Source: the human T2T-CHM13v2.0 reference genome, Homo sapiens. Taken from it: DNA of 64,000 bases. Numbering within the stretch: position 1 is the first letter of the stretch; each line of letters opens with the position of its first letter. The notes beneath the pieces were generated by a model that saw nothing but the letters and a program-made list of their open reading frames with translations, made no database searches and had not been told where the DNA came from. A program made the position numbers and the translations under genes. Positions 40,125 to 53,190 of the stretch are shown piece by piece. The DNA is taken from assembly GCF_009914755.1 (NCBI RefSeq), contig NC_060927.1. One strand, given 5' to 3'.

Positions 40125-40570
40125 CTGTACTAGTTTCCTGTGGCTGTTGTAACAAATTACCACTAACTTGGTGGTTTAAAGGAATGGAAATTTGTTCGCT
40201 CCCAATTCTGAGGGCCATAAGTCAAATCAGTTTCACTGGGCTGAAATCAAGGTGTTTGAGGACTGCACTTTCTCTAGAGGGTCTAAGGAATCCTTTCTTT
40301 GCCTCTTCTAGCTTCTGCTGGCTGCCAGCATTCCTTGGCTTTTGACTACATCACTCCAATCTCTGTCGGTTATAGTTATGTTGCCTTCTTCTATGTCTGT
40401 ATTGAATCTCTCTCTCTCTCTCTTTTATAAAGATACTGGTGACTGCATTTAGGTCTCATCTTGATAATCATAGTTGCAGAGGCATTTTTTGGAGTATAAT
40501 ATTAACACTCAGAGGTTTCAGGAATAAGGATGCAAATATCTTTTAGGGAACTATTATTTTGTCAACCACA
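40125..40570 (-). mobile_element. MLT1 solo LTR
   Basis: TGTACTAGTTTCCTGTGGCTGTTGTAACAAATTACCAC...CTGGGCTGAAATCAAGGTGT...AACCACA. Confidence 0.8.
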
Positions 40571-42266
40571 GTTTCTTTGCAGGAATGTTTAATAAAGGTG
40601 TGATAGGTAGAATTCTGAAATGATTCCCAAGATTTCATTTCCTGGTGTGCCTACCTTGTATATTAATTTCCCCTTTTACGGAGGTGGAACTGTCACATGA
40701 TGGATTTCATTTTTAATTACTTTATATAAAAAGGGATTTTGAAGACACACTCTTTTCTTTATGACACTCTTGTGCTGTCTTCGTGTTCTCTTGATGGCAA
40801 GACTGGTGAACCAATCATTGTATCCTGATGCCTGGACCACAGTCTGAGATGGCACGTGATCCAGTCTGGCCAATAAGAGACATTTCTACTTTTTAAAAGT
40901 GGTGCAAATTGGGCAAAATTTTGTTTTCATTGGTTGTGAGATTATGGGGAATGTTTCACAAGAAGAGATTCAGAGCCAAGCCTAGGACTACTTGAAACCT
41001 TATAGTTTCAGGCTTTGTGGCGTTTCTGCCGTTAAAGAATGAAGCAAACAGCTAGCGAGAAGCAGGGAGAAGAGATGGGAAACCCTAAAGGGTTGAATAC
41101 CCTGAACTTGGATGTCCCTGATATTAGATCCATTCCTGCCCTTTCTGAAACCTCTGCTTTTTTATGTGATGTCATAAAATCTTTCCTTTTGCTCAGAGTA
41201 ACTGTGTTTTTATACACCTTACCATGTCAAGTGCCTATCAAGTGGTTTGGCTCACAGAAAAGGTCAAAGTATTAGTTCAATAAATCAACATTATTCTAAT
41301 GGTTTTTTCTTGGCACTGTTATATTCATCTGAAGAAAAGTAACTAAAAAATGTCTAACACACAAAAAGCATTTCAAAGTTATTTTTAGAGCTCCTTTTTC
41401 TTCAAATTACACTTACACACAACAAAACCTCCTGGTAATCTGGTCTCTCTTTCTCACACCATTATTATATACTTTTAGAGATAATTAAATGTCTGTGATA
41501 AACAGGGTTTGTCGTGGCTAGACTAAGAATCATTTGTTTTTTAGTTGTTGATGTCTTTAACTTTGTTTTTTTAATATATTCTAATTCACACCAAAATATT
41601 GATTTCTGTGACTTTTCTTTACCTCCACCTTAGCCAAATACTTAAAAATTATTGGCCTGTTAAAAATCCCCAAGTCCTCTTCTTTTCTCTTCAAACTTTT
41701 GATTTTGGACTACAAAAGCAATGTTCTATCGACTCTATTTTTCTTTTTGGAAAACTTTCTAATTAAAACTACTTGAGAAATAATTTTGTAGAATGACCCA
41801 CCTTTTCTCTAGGATAATTTAAACTTCTTAAGAATTTAAAACAAAACATCAGATCTCAGATTATTAGAAAAATGTGTGATTTATGGACTTTACATGTCAT
41901 TCTCTAGTAATCCTAGTAATAAATATTCTTGTTGTTACAATGTTTTATATGAAAAATTTCCTTGAGATCTTGTGAGAACCAATATAGAGCATTTTAATGG
42001 AATATTCACATGCATTGAGATTCTAGTGGTATGCACATAGCCAATGCCAGATTACCCATATAAAAGAAAAATAGCAATATAATTAATTATTGATATAGCT
42101 TAGATCAGGAAAAAAGTGAAGCATTTTTTTAGGTCCATACTTTGATTTCTCATTTCTGTGGGGTTTTTTGTTTGTTGGTTGGTTCTTTTATTTTTTTTAA
42201 CTTCCTATGAAATATACCTGAATTGGTCAATTTTTACTTTTTAGAGTCTTTAACATGAAGAAAGTC

Positions 42267-42330
42267 AGGGTCACTAAAAACTGAACTGAGCCTAAAATTA
42301 TTTTAGGTCCAGTTCAGATTTAGTGACTCT
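42267..42330. repeat. Near-perfect inverted repeat (~31-bp arms), probable ancient MITE relic
   Basis: AGGGTCACTAAAAACTGAACTGAGCCTAAAAT-T-ATTTTAGGTCCAGTTCAGATTTAGTGACTCT. Confidence 0.85.
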
Positions 42331-45300
42331 TAATTTCCTCTTGAAATTCAGGGTGAAGAGGAAGTTGAGGAAAATCAATATGATTTTTGCTGAAAAGAAT
42401 AAAAGTCATCATTTTGGTAGGCTAAGCATATACAATTTTTTTTCAGGTTCCTATACCAAGAAAGTTTAAGTAATATATTAGTAATGACATCTTTAGATTA
42501 TTTTTATCCTGCATTTTATGGAGTTAATAAAAAACAAGCTTGAATATGTCTCTACATTTTTTTTCAGACCATCCCAATTAATTGCTGAAAAAATACTGCT
42601 ATAATAAGTGTGATAAGATCTGAAAGTCATAAGTTTCAAATTTAGATGATTCTTGCTTGTAACAAAATGTTATATACACAAAGCATACATACTCATGTCT
42701 GGACAAATCTGTAGATTTTCAGACTAATGTGCATGTTGATGGAAAATTTTTGAACTGCCAGGCCCAAATACCACTGTGGTAAATTACCTGTCTGTGGTAA
42801 ACCAAAGGCATGTTTATCTAAAATAATTAGATGGCCCTTCCTCAATCTGATTTAAAACCCAATGTTATTCATACTAAAACATATAAAATAATTTACTTTG
42901 TAATAAAGCTGGCATTTAAAAGCAGTAGGGATATAATATTCAATGAGTGATATTGAGATAGCTCTCTATTTTGAAGAAATAAAGTTTTATCTTTCCCTTA
43001 TACCATAATGTCCTACTGAAATAAATATTCCATGCTATAAAAGAAAGAATTATTATTACAACTATGGATAAGTTATATAATTTTGAAACATAATGATTGC
43101 AGATATCATATTATTTAGGTTGAAAATATTTTATTATTCAATTATTAAAAGTTATGTAATATTGCCTTCAAATTGCAAAATTATCCCATGTGAACTAATA
43201 TACAAAGATTCTAATGGAGTTGGCATATAATTCGCTATGTAGATTATACACAGCCTTGCATTTTACATTCTCAAAAGATGAAAATCAGTGTTCACTGTTA
43301 AAAATCCTGTGGATTATTACCTGATATATTCAAAGTATATGTCATTATATCCACTTTAAAGCTTTAAAGGTACTCAAATTAATCACAGTCCTTATTTTTG
43401 GAACTCAAAAAGAAGTCGTTTTCATTTTTACAGGGAATGTTCCTACAGGATTAACATCCTCCTATGAGTATGTCCTAATGCAGAATTTTGGCAGAGTTCT
43501 GTAGATGAGCTTCTAAAATAGAAAACTTTCTAAAACTTGCAGATCTGGGATCAGAAAAACACAACCTTGAATCTACCTGATCATTAAGCCAGGCCCTTCT
43601 CTAACTGAGAACTCGTAATTTTGGTTTGAAAATTTTCTCATATTCACTGTGTCCTCTCTCCTTACAGCCAATACTTTGGTTCAAACACTCTTTATTTTTG
43701 CCTGGATTAACATGACAACTCTTTAACTCTTCTTTCACCTTTGTTCATTTTCCTTTCCTCATTCTAGTTCCTCTTCTGTGCTTCACCTCTGCTCTTGAGG
43801 GATCTTTCTAAACTTCAAATGTGACCCCTAAGGAATTCCAATTTTCCAAAGACTAAAGTCCAATTCCTCAGTATGATACTGAAAGTTCTTCCCAAAATAA
43901 TTTAAGCTTACCTTTCTCACTCCTACACCACACCCTGCACACTTGGTATGTTGACTGTGTTTTTCCTCTTTCACAGGTTGGTGCTTTACTCGTGGTTTCC
44001 CATCAGCCCAGATTGCAAATGTACCTCTTTCTTGCTGTTGCTAAATCTTTCTATGCTTGTAAAATCAAACCACAGCCTGCCTAAAGCCATCTTTGGGTCT
44101 GTATCGGTTACATTTTCTTCTCCATAATCCCCAAGCACTTCAGACTAGTCTCATGGTCCTTGTTACACGTTAATTTATATTGCATATGTGTCTTTCTGCC
44201 ACAATTTGTAAATTCCTTCACGGGAGAGATTGTTTGTTTTACTTTCATATTTTTTATATTCCCCTGGGTCATGGGAACTAGCACAGAGGTCTGGTAGTAG
44301 GACTTCAGTATGTATATATAGAATAGGATTCTAAAAATGAGACTGACTGGCACGTATTGGTGGATAAGCAGTATTACGAAAAAAAAGAAAAGAATCTGGA
44401 TCTTAAACTCTGGTCTCTTTCCTTTTTATGTTTCTTCCACAAATAAGAATAAATATAATTTGCTTTGTGATTTAGGAGAAATGCTTTTTTTTCTTTTTCC
44501 CTCAAATTTCTGTAAGCCCAGAGTGTGACTCTGTGAATTTTATGTCATAATAAGAGCCGCTGAGAGTTACCACAAGGATACCAGAAATAAAGCATGCATT
44601 ATAAAGCATGTCTTCTCTAATAATTTAAAAAGAATATCTAATCATGAGTGCATTCATTTCTCCAATTCAGCAGCTTTCAAGTACGAATGACACATAGGAC
44701 TGAATACTTCAAGTGGAATAAAAATCAGACTCGTCCCTCCTGAGTACAAACACACGGATCAGTCAGACAGAAAGATTCACTCTGTGAATTCTCTACCACA
44801 CACAGAGGGTAGACTGGAAAGCAAAAGCATCACTAGGGATAACAGCAATTGTAGGATGATTGCAAATTGTGTAGGATTTTGCAGTAAGAGCTGGCTGTTT
44901 ATTCCCAAGATTTCATAATTAATCTCCACAGTAAACTTTTCCTGCAAAATTAAAAAAAACAACAAGTTTATTGCTCAGAGCTTCAACAGGCTAATATTGT
45001 ATTAGACAACTAATGATGACCTAACCCATCATACCAGTCTGCCTAAATTGAAATTCAATGGACATAGTTTTTTCATTAAATCCAATTCTGCTGCAGACCA
45101 TGTTTCTTCCCATTGTTACCCTTGGAAGGACATCAGTAGTTACTGAAAGATATAATCCAATTTAATGGGTAAATTTTCCTAAATAAGAGGCCTTATGGCC
45201 TTTCCTTTGAAAAATATTCATAGTTCAGGACATTACTGAAACCTAATTTATTATTTTTTTAAAGAATAAAATTATTCAAATTGCAGAAGGCTTCATTCTG

Positions 45301-47906
45301 GGCTTTCTGATATTCTATTGTTTTGATACATGTATTTACTCAAGTTAATAAACTTTTCTTATAACACAGTATGATTTGTAATCAGGGCATTTGTTTTCTG
45401 TATATAAATTAATGATTGGAAAATGCTACAATTTGGTCATTCAAGTGTTTTAAGCATCTCCTGCAACTGCAATCTTGTTTGCATTACAATTTGTCTTATT
45501 TCTGGCAAAAGTTTTGATGAACAAAAATTATCATCTATTTTGCTCCTGAACAAATGACCTTAACATTTAAATTCAGACATTACACACCTTGCATGAAGGA
45601 CTTCCAAATTTGACTCTCTTAATGCCTATGCAGTATTGTCACTCAGTTTCTTCCACATATGTTGGAGTTCTAGCTCTATGTAAGTGTTCAGTAAACTCTA
45701 ATTGAATTAAATGAGTGGAATCCAGTGCAGCTTTATTGCAATCCTACAGTTGTTTCTAAAGGTAAATGAATATAATGCTTCATTTTTTGATGTTTCTTAT
45801 CCTGCTTTGTAAAAAACTGTATCTTTAGTCAACTATCACCTAGTGAAAAGATTTTAAATGTTAACATTAGTACTAAGTACAAAGAGGATATACAATGCTC
45901 AATAAAACCCTGTTCCTTACAGTCCAATGGTTGAGTCAGACAGGTAATATTTACAACTAATGTGATCTGTGCTTGTTCAAAGTAGCATGGGAGCACTGAA
46001 GAAGAGTGCTTCAGCGAGCCAGGTCTTAGAGGATAAATTCCCAAAGCAGAGAAAATGGTTAGAATATTTCTTAAATAAGAAAGGTAGGTCTAAAGATGCA
46101 AACAAATTAAAGAGAAAGAAATGTTCAGAAACTTCTGAAATTTGATGTGACTAGAACTTGTGGCCTAAAAGGAGCTATGAGGCTCGATGTGAAGAAACAT
46201 GGATCTCGAGTTTTGGCACTGAAAGGTATTTGAATGCTTCTCTTGGCCAAGATGACACTCTGGCTAGGGCTGGAATTCTTAACTGGGCTGGTTGAAGCTA
46301 TGTTGGGTTGGGCTGAGCTGAGACTGAGGCTTGGCTGACCCTTGGTCTTTAAACTGTAGAATGAAAAAGAAACTGACTTTGTTATTTAGAGCAAAGTAGG
46401 CAAGAAACAAAGAAACTTTGCAAACCAAGTATAGATGCCCAAAGAAATACAACAAACAGTAGAGGTCTAGTCCAAGGCAGAAGATATACAAAATTCTCTA
46501 AAATAGTATAAACTGTTTCCAGGGAGGAAAATAGGAACATTTTCTAAGCTTCCGATATTCAGCCCCAGTCCTTCTTTTATTGAGAGGAGGCCTGAAACCT
46601 CACATTTAGGTGGGAGAGAAACTAGTAAAGCAATAAGGATTGCACAAGCTGAGTTTCATGTCAAGGTTTGGGTTTTAGAAAGATTTATCCGGTGTGACAT
46701 GTGAGGGAGTGGAGGCAGGAAGACCATTTTAGGAAGTCTTCTCAATCATCAAAATAAGAGATAATAAGAAACTCAACTGGTGTAATAGCAGAGTTGAAAT
46801 AGGGAGGATGAATGTGATAAGAACAAAATGTAGCTAGAGTTTTCAGTCCATTTGTATTATATTCCATTACATTATTAATTATAATGTAATTATTTGTTTG
46901 GTTGAACATCAGCCAGTATCTTGGTATTCTTTTATTTTTTTCCCATTCTATTCTTTGTTCTCTTTTTCCTCCTTTCCTGCTTTTCTCGGATTAACTTTTT
47001 TTTCTCCATAGAGTTCCATTTAGTTTCCTCTATTGCCATTTTGTCTATTTCTTCTTGTTTTGACTTTTATTTTGTTTTTATGTGGTTGCTCTACTGCATA
47101 TTTAAGAATATACATTCTTAGATTAGTATTGTCACCTTTGGAATAATACTATAGTACCTCACTTACAGAGAACTTTACAAAAACATACACATATTTACCC
47201 CCACTGTTCTTTGTGCTATTATTAAATGTGATAAACTCCATAATACGTTGTTATTGTACTTGCTTTAAACCATAAAATTATTTTTTAAGAATTTAAGAAA
47301 TTATGTTTAGTGTAGGTTTACTGGGAACTAATTCCTTCAATTTTATTTATGTTAAAATGTCTTTATTTTAGCTTTTGAAAATAAAGAGCAAAGAAACTTG
47401 AACACTTCAATGTAATAATATGATTTCATTCTTTCATTGAGTCAGTAATTACCCAGCACCCACTATGTGCTAGTCACTCAATAGGCACTGAGAGCTCACA
47501 GTCTTTATACTGTTTGTAAATGCCCATTAGCAATTGGCTTTAACTATTGCATTATCTCAGTTAGTCCTTAGTGAAAGTGCCTTTGCAAAAACTGTAACTG
47601 AGGAAATTATGACAGTGAAAGGGATCAGACCTAACCGACGCCATCTTGCCTTTAACCTGTAAGCTGTTCTTGTTCATTCCTGAGCGTAGGCTGAACTAAC
47701 CAAAGAAAGGAATTTAGTTTATGGTTTGACTCTGAAACAAAATTGATAATAGCCCTTCCCTGAAAAGACTCCCTTCTTGACTTGGCACCAGTCGGCCTTC
47801 GTAGGACTAACAAATTAGCTACAAGATTAGAAATTATGGTTTAGGGGTCATGCTGCCTCTGGCTGCAAAAGTCTGAATGCCCCCAAATTGCTCCTGGAGA
47901 TAACAT

Positions 47907-48531
47907 TGATACAAGAGGTAGATAGAAATTATTTAGGCAGAAAGTGAGGGCAAAAGAGTCCTTGGCAGAGCTTCCCTTCTAACAAAAAGCAGCCCAAGAA
48001 ATCATTTTTTTTTTCTAACAAAGAGCAGCCTGAAAAATTGAGCTGCAAACATAGATAAACAAGCTGGAACCTTGCACAGGGGAATTCCAGCAGCTGTGCC
48101 AACAGAAAAGGGCTAGCTGGGGGCCAGACATGTTCAACTGGGGGCTCCATCTTTCCTTTTTTTGTTACCACTTGTACTGTAATAAAGAAATGGGCAATAT
48201 GGCACAGCTCAGAGAATCCACCTGCGTAATAAAAGATAAGGGTGGGGGCTACCAGGGATTAGTGCCCTATACAAACGGCACACCTGGTCTAACCAGTCTA
48301 ACCTGGTCTAACCTGGTCTAACCTGGTCTAACCTGTGTAAATCAGACAGCACCTCCTCACCAGCTCATCTATAAAACCCCTTGCATTTGAAGACCCATTT
48401 TTCTGGGACTCCTCTTTTTCACCTATTAAACCTCTGCTCTCAACCTCACTCTTTGTGTGTCCATGTCCTTGTTCTCCATGGCTGTGAAAGAACGAACCCT
48501 GGGTGTTACTCCAGACAGTGAGGCCATTTCA
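47907..48531 (+). mobile_element. MER50-like ERV1 solo LTR
   Basis: TGATACAAGAGG...GAAATTATTTAGGCAG...CCAGACAGTGAGGCCATTTCA; TSD ACAT/GCAT; TATA-like CTATAAAA near 48370. Confidence 0.75.
48282..48335. repeat. 10-bp tandem repeat (ACCTGGTCTA) x ~5
   Basis: One copy at 48282-48291, a 9-bp variant, three perfect copies at 48301-48330, then a partial copy. Confidence 0.95.
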
Positions 48532-49821
48532 GCATCACTATTGTAAAACCTAAGATCAGTGCTTGAGATATTTTGCAGACCCTCATTCCATCGAACAGCT
48601 GACACCACCCAAGCCAGTAATCTGACTCAATCAGTTCTGCGATCCCACCCAGGAACAGAAGACAGCAAGAAAACCTCACTTCGACCCCCTCTGTGATTCC
48701 ACCTTCAACCTGACCAGTCAGCACTCCCCACTTCCTGAGCCCCTACCTGCCAAATTATCTTTAAAAACTCCGATCCTCAAATGCTCAGGGAGACTGATTT
48801 GAGTAACAATAAAACTCCAGTATCCCGCAGAGCTGGCTCTGTTTGAATTACTCTTTCTCCATTGCAATTCCCGTGTCTTGATAAATTGGCTCTGTCTAGG
48901 CAGCCGGCAACGTGAACCAGTTGGGCAGTTACATTAGTTCGCCTTCATTTTTTGAAGAATATTTTCAGTAAATAAAAAATTGCAAGTTGACTTTTTGTTT
49001 TAATTAGCTTTATTTCAAAATGAATCTATTTTCAGACCACAGTTGACTGCAGATAACTGAAACCTTGAAAAGCAAAACTGTTAATAAGGGTAGGCTACTG
49101 TATTTATATCTCTGTCTCCCTATACATTATATGTTTTCCTGTTTTGTTGACTTTATTTTTCCTTTGTCTGTGGGCTCTTTTGAGATGCTCACCTTAGTTT
49201 TGGTTTTGGGAAAGTAATTGAATATGTGTACTTTGTATTTTTTCTGCTTCGGTTTATTGAACTTGCATATGTGCATTTTTTAAAAAATCAAATTCAAAAA
49301 TTTTTTCAAGCGACTATTTTTAAAATGTATTTTTATCTTCCAATTTCTCCTTTCCTTCAGAGACATCAATTACAACCATTCGATATTAATTCCAAGGGCA
49401 CTAATTTTTCTCCAGAATTTTTCTTTAGTTTCCATTGTAGTTCAGGTGATTTTTATTGCCCTGTTTTCTAGGTCATTATTTTTTTCTTTTTGACTGTTCA
49501 ATTTGCTATTGACACCATTCAATGAATTTTCTAATTTCAAGTATTGCATATCTTAGTTACAGGCATTCTAGCTGGTTGTTTTTCTACAACTCCCATTTAT
49601 CTCTTTAAACTGGTCCATTTTTTTCATTCATTCAATCTGTCTTTACCTGTAAATGCTTTACCACATTTTTAATTGTTATTTTAAAGTCTTCATCTTCTAA
49701 TTCCAATAAATAGGTCTGGTTTATATGTAGGTTCACTTCTACAAACTGTTTTCTTTTGATTGTTGGTCACATATTTCTGCTTCATTGACTGTATAATAAT
49801 TTTTTATTAAATTCCAGTTGC

Positions 49822-49833
49822 TGTGCGTGTGTG

Positions 49834-49886
<53 letters not shown>
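49822..49886. repeat. Compound (TG)n(TA)n microsatellite
   Basis: TGTGCGTGTG...GC followed by about 22 AT units. Confidence 0.95.
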
Positions 49887-49889
<3 letters not shown>

Positions 49890-50329
49890 CTTTCTCCTGT
49901 CTGGCAATTAGGGTGAGATATAGATCAATTAGTTACTTGCAAGAGTTGAGTTGAGCTGCAGCTGTAGCTGTAGATAAATTGTACTTACTATTGATGTTAA
50001 CGGCCTATTTGGTTGTTTAGTGTCTTTTACACAGTGGGTTTTCTCTGATGGATCCCACTAGATTAACATGTGATCCGAAGATCATATTTTGCACCTACCC
50101 AGATAGATTCATCCTCATGTCTCTTTCCTATTCTCTTTTTTCTCAAATCTAATCTTCCTCCAGACTTCTGATCATTTTCCACTATCCTTGAATGTGTGTA
50201 TATTCTTACAGGAATTATTTCTCTTAAAAACAAAAGGTGAAGTATCAATTGTATTGCCTGAAGAATTCTGCCTGCCTAATTGGAGATTGTCTTCTCACTA
50301 CTATCTTTTAGTGTAATCCTGAGTGAGGC

Positions 50330-53190
50330 TGTAGTGCAGAATGGTCCTTTTTATTTTTTTTTGGATTGCACTATAAATTAAGCCAAACCAATACATTTGT
50401 GAACAAAGCTTATCCTTTTTCCTCGTCCTTCAGCCAGATAATAGGACACCCACATGTGAGTATAGTTTGGTTGAGGGAGATGTAGCAGTATTGCAGTGGT
50501 ATATGGCTTGGGAGTCTGGGCCAGATAATAGGACACCCACATGTGAATATAGTTTGGTTGAGGGAGATGTAGCAGTATTGCAGTGGTGTATGGCTTGGGA
50601 GTCTGGATCACCCGTTCATGTAGCTCTTGTCCTGTACATGCCATCCTGGATGTACCTCTTCTAACAATAAACTGCTATAGATCTGGCTGATCTTATGACT
50701 TTGTGGTTCTGACAGAACATAGCTCATGATGAGCTGCTGATGGGTAGCTCTGGCCAAATGGTTCCTGTTGTCCCACGGGTAGATCCTCCATCTCTACCAG
50801 ATCCCAGCTGCATAACAAGGACTACTTTTCAAATGGTGTTTACTTCTCTGCTGCCGATGGTATGACTGGCCTTGCTTTAGGGCCCTGGGGATTTCTACTG
50901 TGGTTCTCTAATTGCAACTTACATTTCTAGTAGCATTAGGGTCTGACTGGCTCAAGTGGTAAGGCTGCCTGCACTGCAGTCTAGAACTTTCGAAGAGCCC
51001 TTTATCGTGCTGGGTCCACTCAAAGCTGCCAGTCTTGAATGTCACTTTGTAAATAAGTCAAAGACATATTCCCAAATGTGGAATATGCTGTCTCAAAGAG
51101 GGGAGCTGAGCGTTGTCTTTTTTTTTTTCGAGGTGATTATATCGGCACGCCCCACGTCACAGAGCCCCTCAAAACTTCGCTGACATGGCAGACCCCTGAG
51201 TATTTTAGGGCTTCTCTTCACCGGGATCTGTCTCTTCTTTTTTTTCTTTAGTCAATGGATACTTGTTTTGAGAACTGGCTCAGATATGAAAACTAGAAAT
51301 TTTACTGGGAATTTGCTCTCAGCCCCCTGTTTATCCATCCTTAATTTGTTTTGCTTATGTGCACTAAGTAACACTCTTTTTGGCTGTTTATCTCTTCCTA
51401 AGAACACTACGGTCTATTAACTATCTTCACAGGTCTCATGTTTCCTGGCTGCCACTCTGAACTTTACAATCATTATATGTCCTTGCATCAGGTGATTGAT
51501 CAGCACCACTGGCCTATGTTCTTTTGGGATTCTCTGTTGTTACCAGAGAGCTCATTCTGTAACAGCCTTCCCTGCCGTCAGTCCTGGCCTTCTCAGGATA
51601 GCCATCACTTATCTTTTCAGCTATTCTGATGCTGCACCCACCAGTGCACTCTTTATTGTATTGGCCAGTGAAGTGTCTTTTGGATTCTTCCATAGAATAT
51701 AGTTGGATGGTGGGCTTCCAGCCTTAGGTGGTATGACCATTTTGCTATGCACACTTCTTTACGCCTTTTGATACTTTTTGGTCACCATCTTCCGTGAAAG
51801 TTCTAGTATTTCTACTTCATCTAGTATGAGCCATCTTTTTTCCCAAACTTCCAAGAACCAGCCTCACAACTCTAATACTATTTTCCAGGATCCTTGACCA
51901 AGTATTAAATCTTGTATCACAGAAGAACGATCTGAAATCAAGCAACTCTCCCTTAGATATCTTTGTGTTTTACTAATCTCCTTTTATTTAGCACCATTAG
52001 AACTCTTAGGGTCCAGTATATACACAGTCTCCCAGATTCGCCAGTCTATTTTGTCTAGGTCTGGCAATTTATTCACCATTGTGTTCCATTCCTCCCCTAG
52101 CCGACCCAGTTCTTTTCAGCCAGGTATGGTGTGACTTAACCCTGCTTGTTAGCCTAGAGGAGAAGTGTTAGTATATTCAAAGTTCGAGTGGGTATATGTT
52201 GCCTTGCAAGGCACAGGCCTCTACATAATTCTTAAGCAAGGGGGAGCACTAGTCTTTAACTTGAAGAAATGGGCCACTCTTACAACCAGAGAGGATTCAT
52301 GTTCGGAAAGCAAGTTTGTAAGTACATCAGCCCAGATATTGCCTTCTCAAGTTTAAAGATCCTACTTCTCAATCAATGCTTTCTGGAGCTCTTAAGTCCT
52401 GGGCCTGCTTTTATTGTCCCTGCAGCTGTGGGAAATGAGAGTATTTTTGTATGCCACCTCTGACATTTACCTTAAATTGGTAATTTAAATTAGGATTTAT
52501 AGCTTTTAGGCTTTCATTTTCTTTCTTTCTTTCTCAAAATGTATGACATGTTGCACCATCCATGTATTACTTTCCAACATTATGCCAGCCAAGTTCATCA
52601 CCAGTGAAACTTTTAACAATGCCACTGACACAGCATGCCAACGCTATGAGTAATCCATCTACTCCACTGACAGGGTCTTCATTTCCAGCTGGTTAGTAGG
52701 TGATCTAGCTTTTTAAAAAATCCCATTTTAAAGATTGTATCTTAGGCCCACTCCTGATACCAGTGGTCTTAAGTCACATTCCCTGGGGAAACAGACTCTC
52801 AACTGGAGACTTAGAAGCAGGAGATTTACTAACCAGTGCTCATCCAAACACACCTGTAAAAGGGTGAGAGTAAGACTGGACAGAGAGAAAAGTTAAACTT
52901 TGATACACTTACAAAAACACCTTGGCCAATCCCCCATGGAGCTCTGTGTTTGGGATGACCCTTCAGAGTTGACCCAAACTGGGGGAAAGGACCGTGACTC
53001 TCTTTTCTACGTCCTGAGATGTGGGCTGCTTTCCAGGAGGGAGGGTATCCTTAGGAAAGAAGCTCCCTATAACAGAGCAGTCGCTAGAGAGGATCTCAGT
53101 TTTGAGCAATCAGCATCTAAGTCTCCCAGCAGCTTTGGGGAGTATCTTATTCCTGCAGAGGGATTTCAGAAACATACCATAGCTTCTGCT
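50330..53190 (-). mobile_element. Decayed ERVL internal region with LTR16-like LTR (~52762-53190)
   Basis: Minus strand near 50790-50840 reads PFEK*SLLCSWDLVEME (ERVL pol consensus PFEKQLLACYWALVETE). TTCCCTGGGGAAACAGACTCT is the reverse complement of an LTR16-type 3' end. Confidence 0.65.
50433..50606. repeat. 87-bp tandem duplication (2 copies, 2 mismatches)
   Basis: GCCAGATAATAGGACACCCACATGTGA...GGGAGTCTGG at 50433-50519 and 50520-50606. Confidence 0.95.

Larger units (their letters stand above)
47572..48933 (+). mobile_element. LTR8-like ERV1 solo LTR with nested MER50-like LTR
   Basis: TGAAAGTGCCTTTGCAAAA...GGCTCTGTCTAGGCAG...GGGCAGTTACA; TG...CA termini; 4-bp TSD TTAG at 47568-47571 and 48934-48937. 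Confidence 0.85.

Noticed and set aside
48282-50606. Short direct repeats considered as a CRISPR-like array
   Set aside because: Contiguous tandem repeats without unique spacers, in a mammalian LTR context, with no cas genes.
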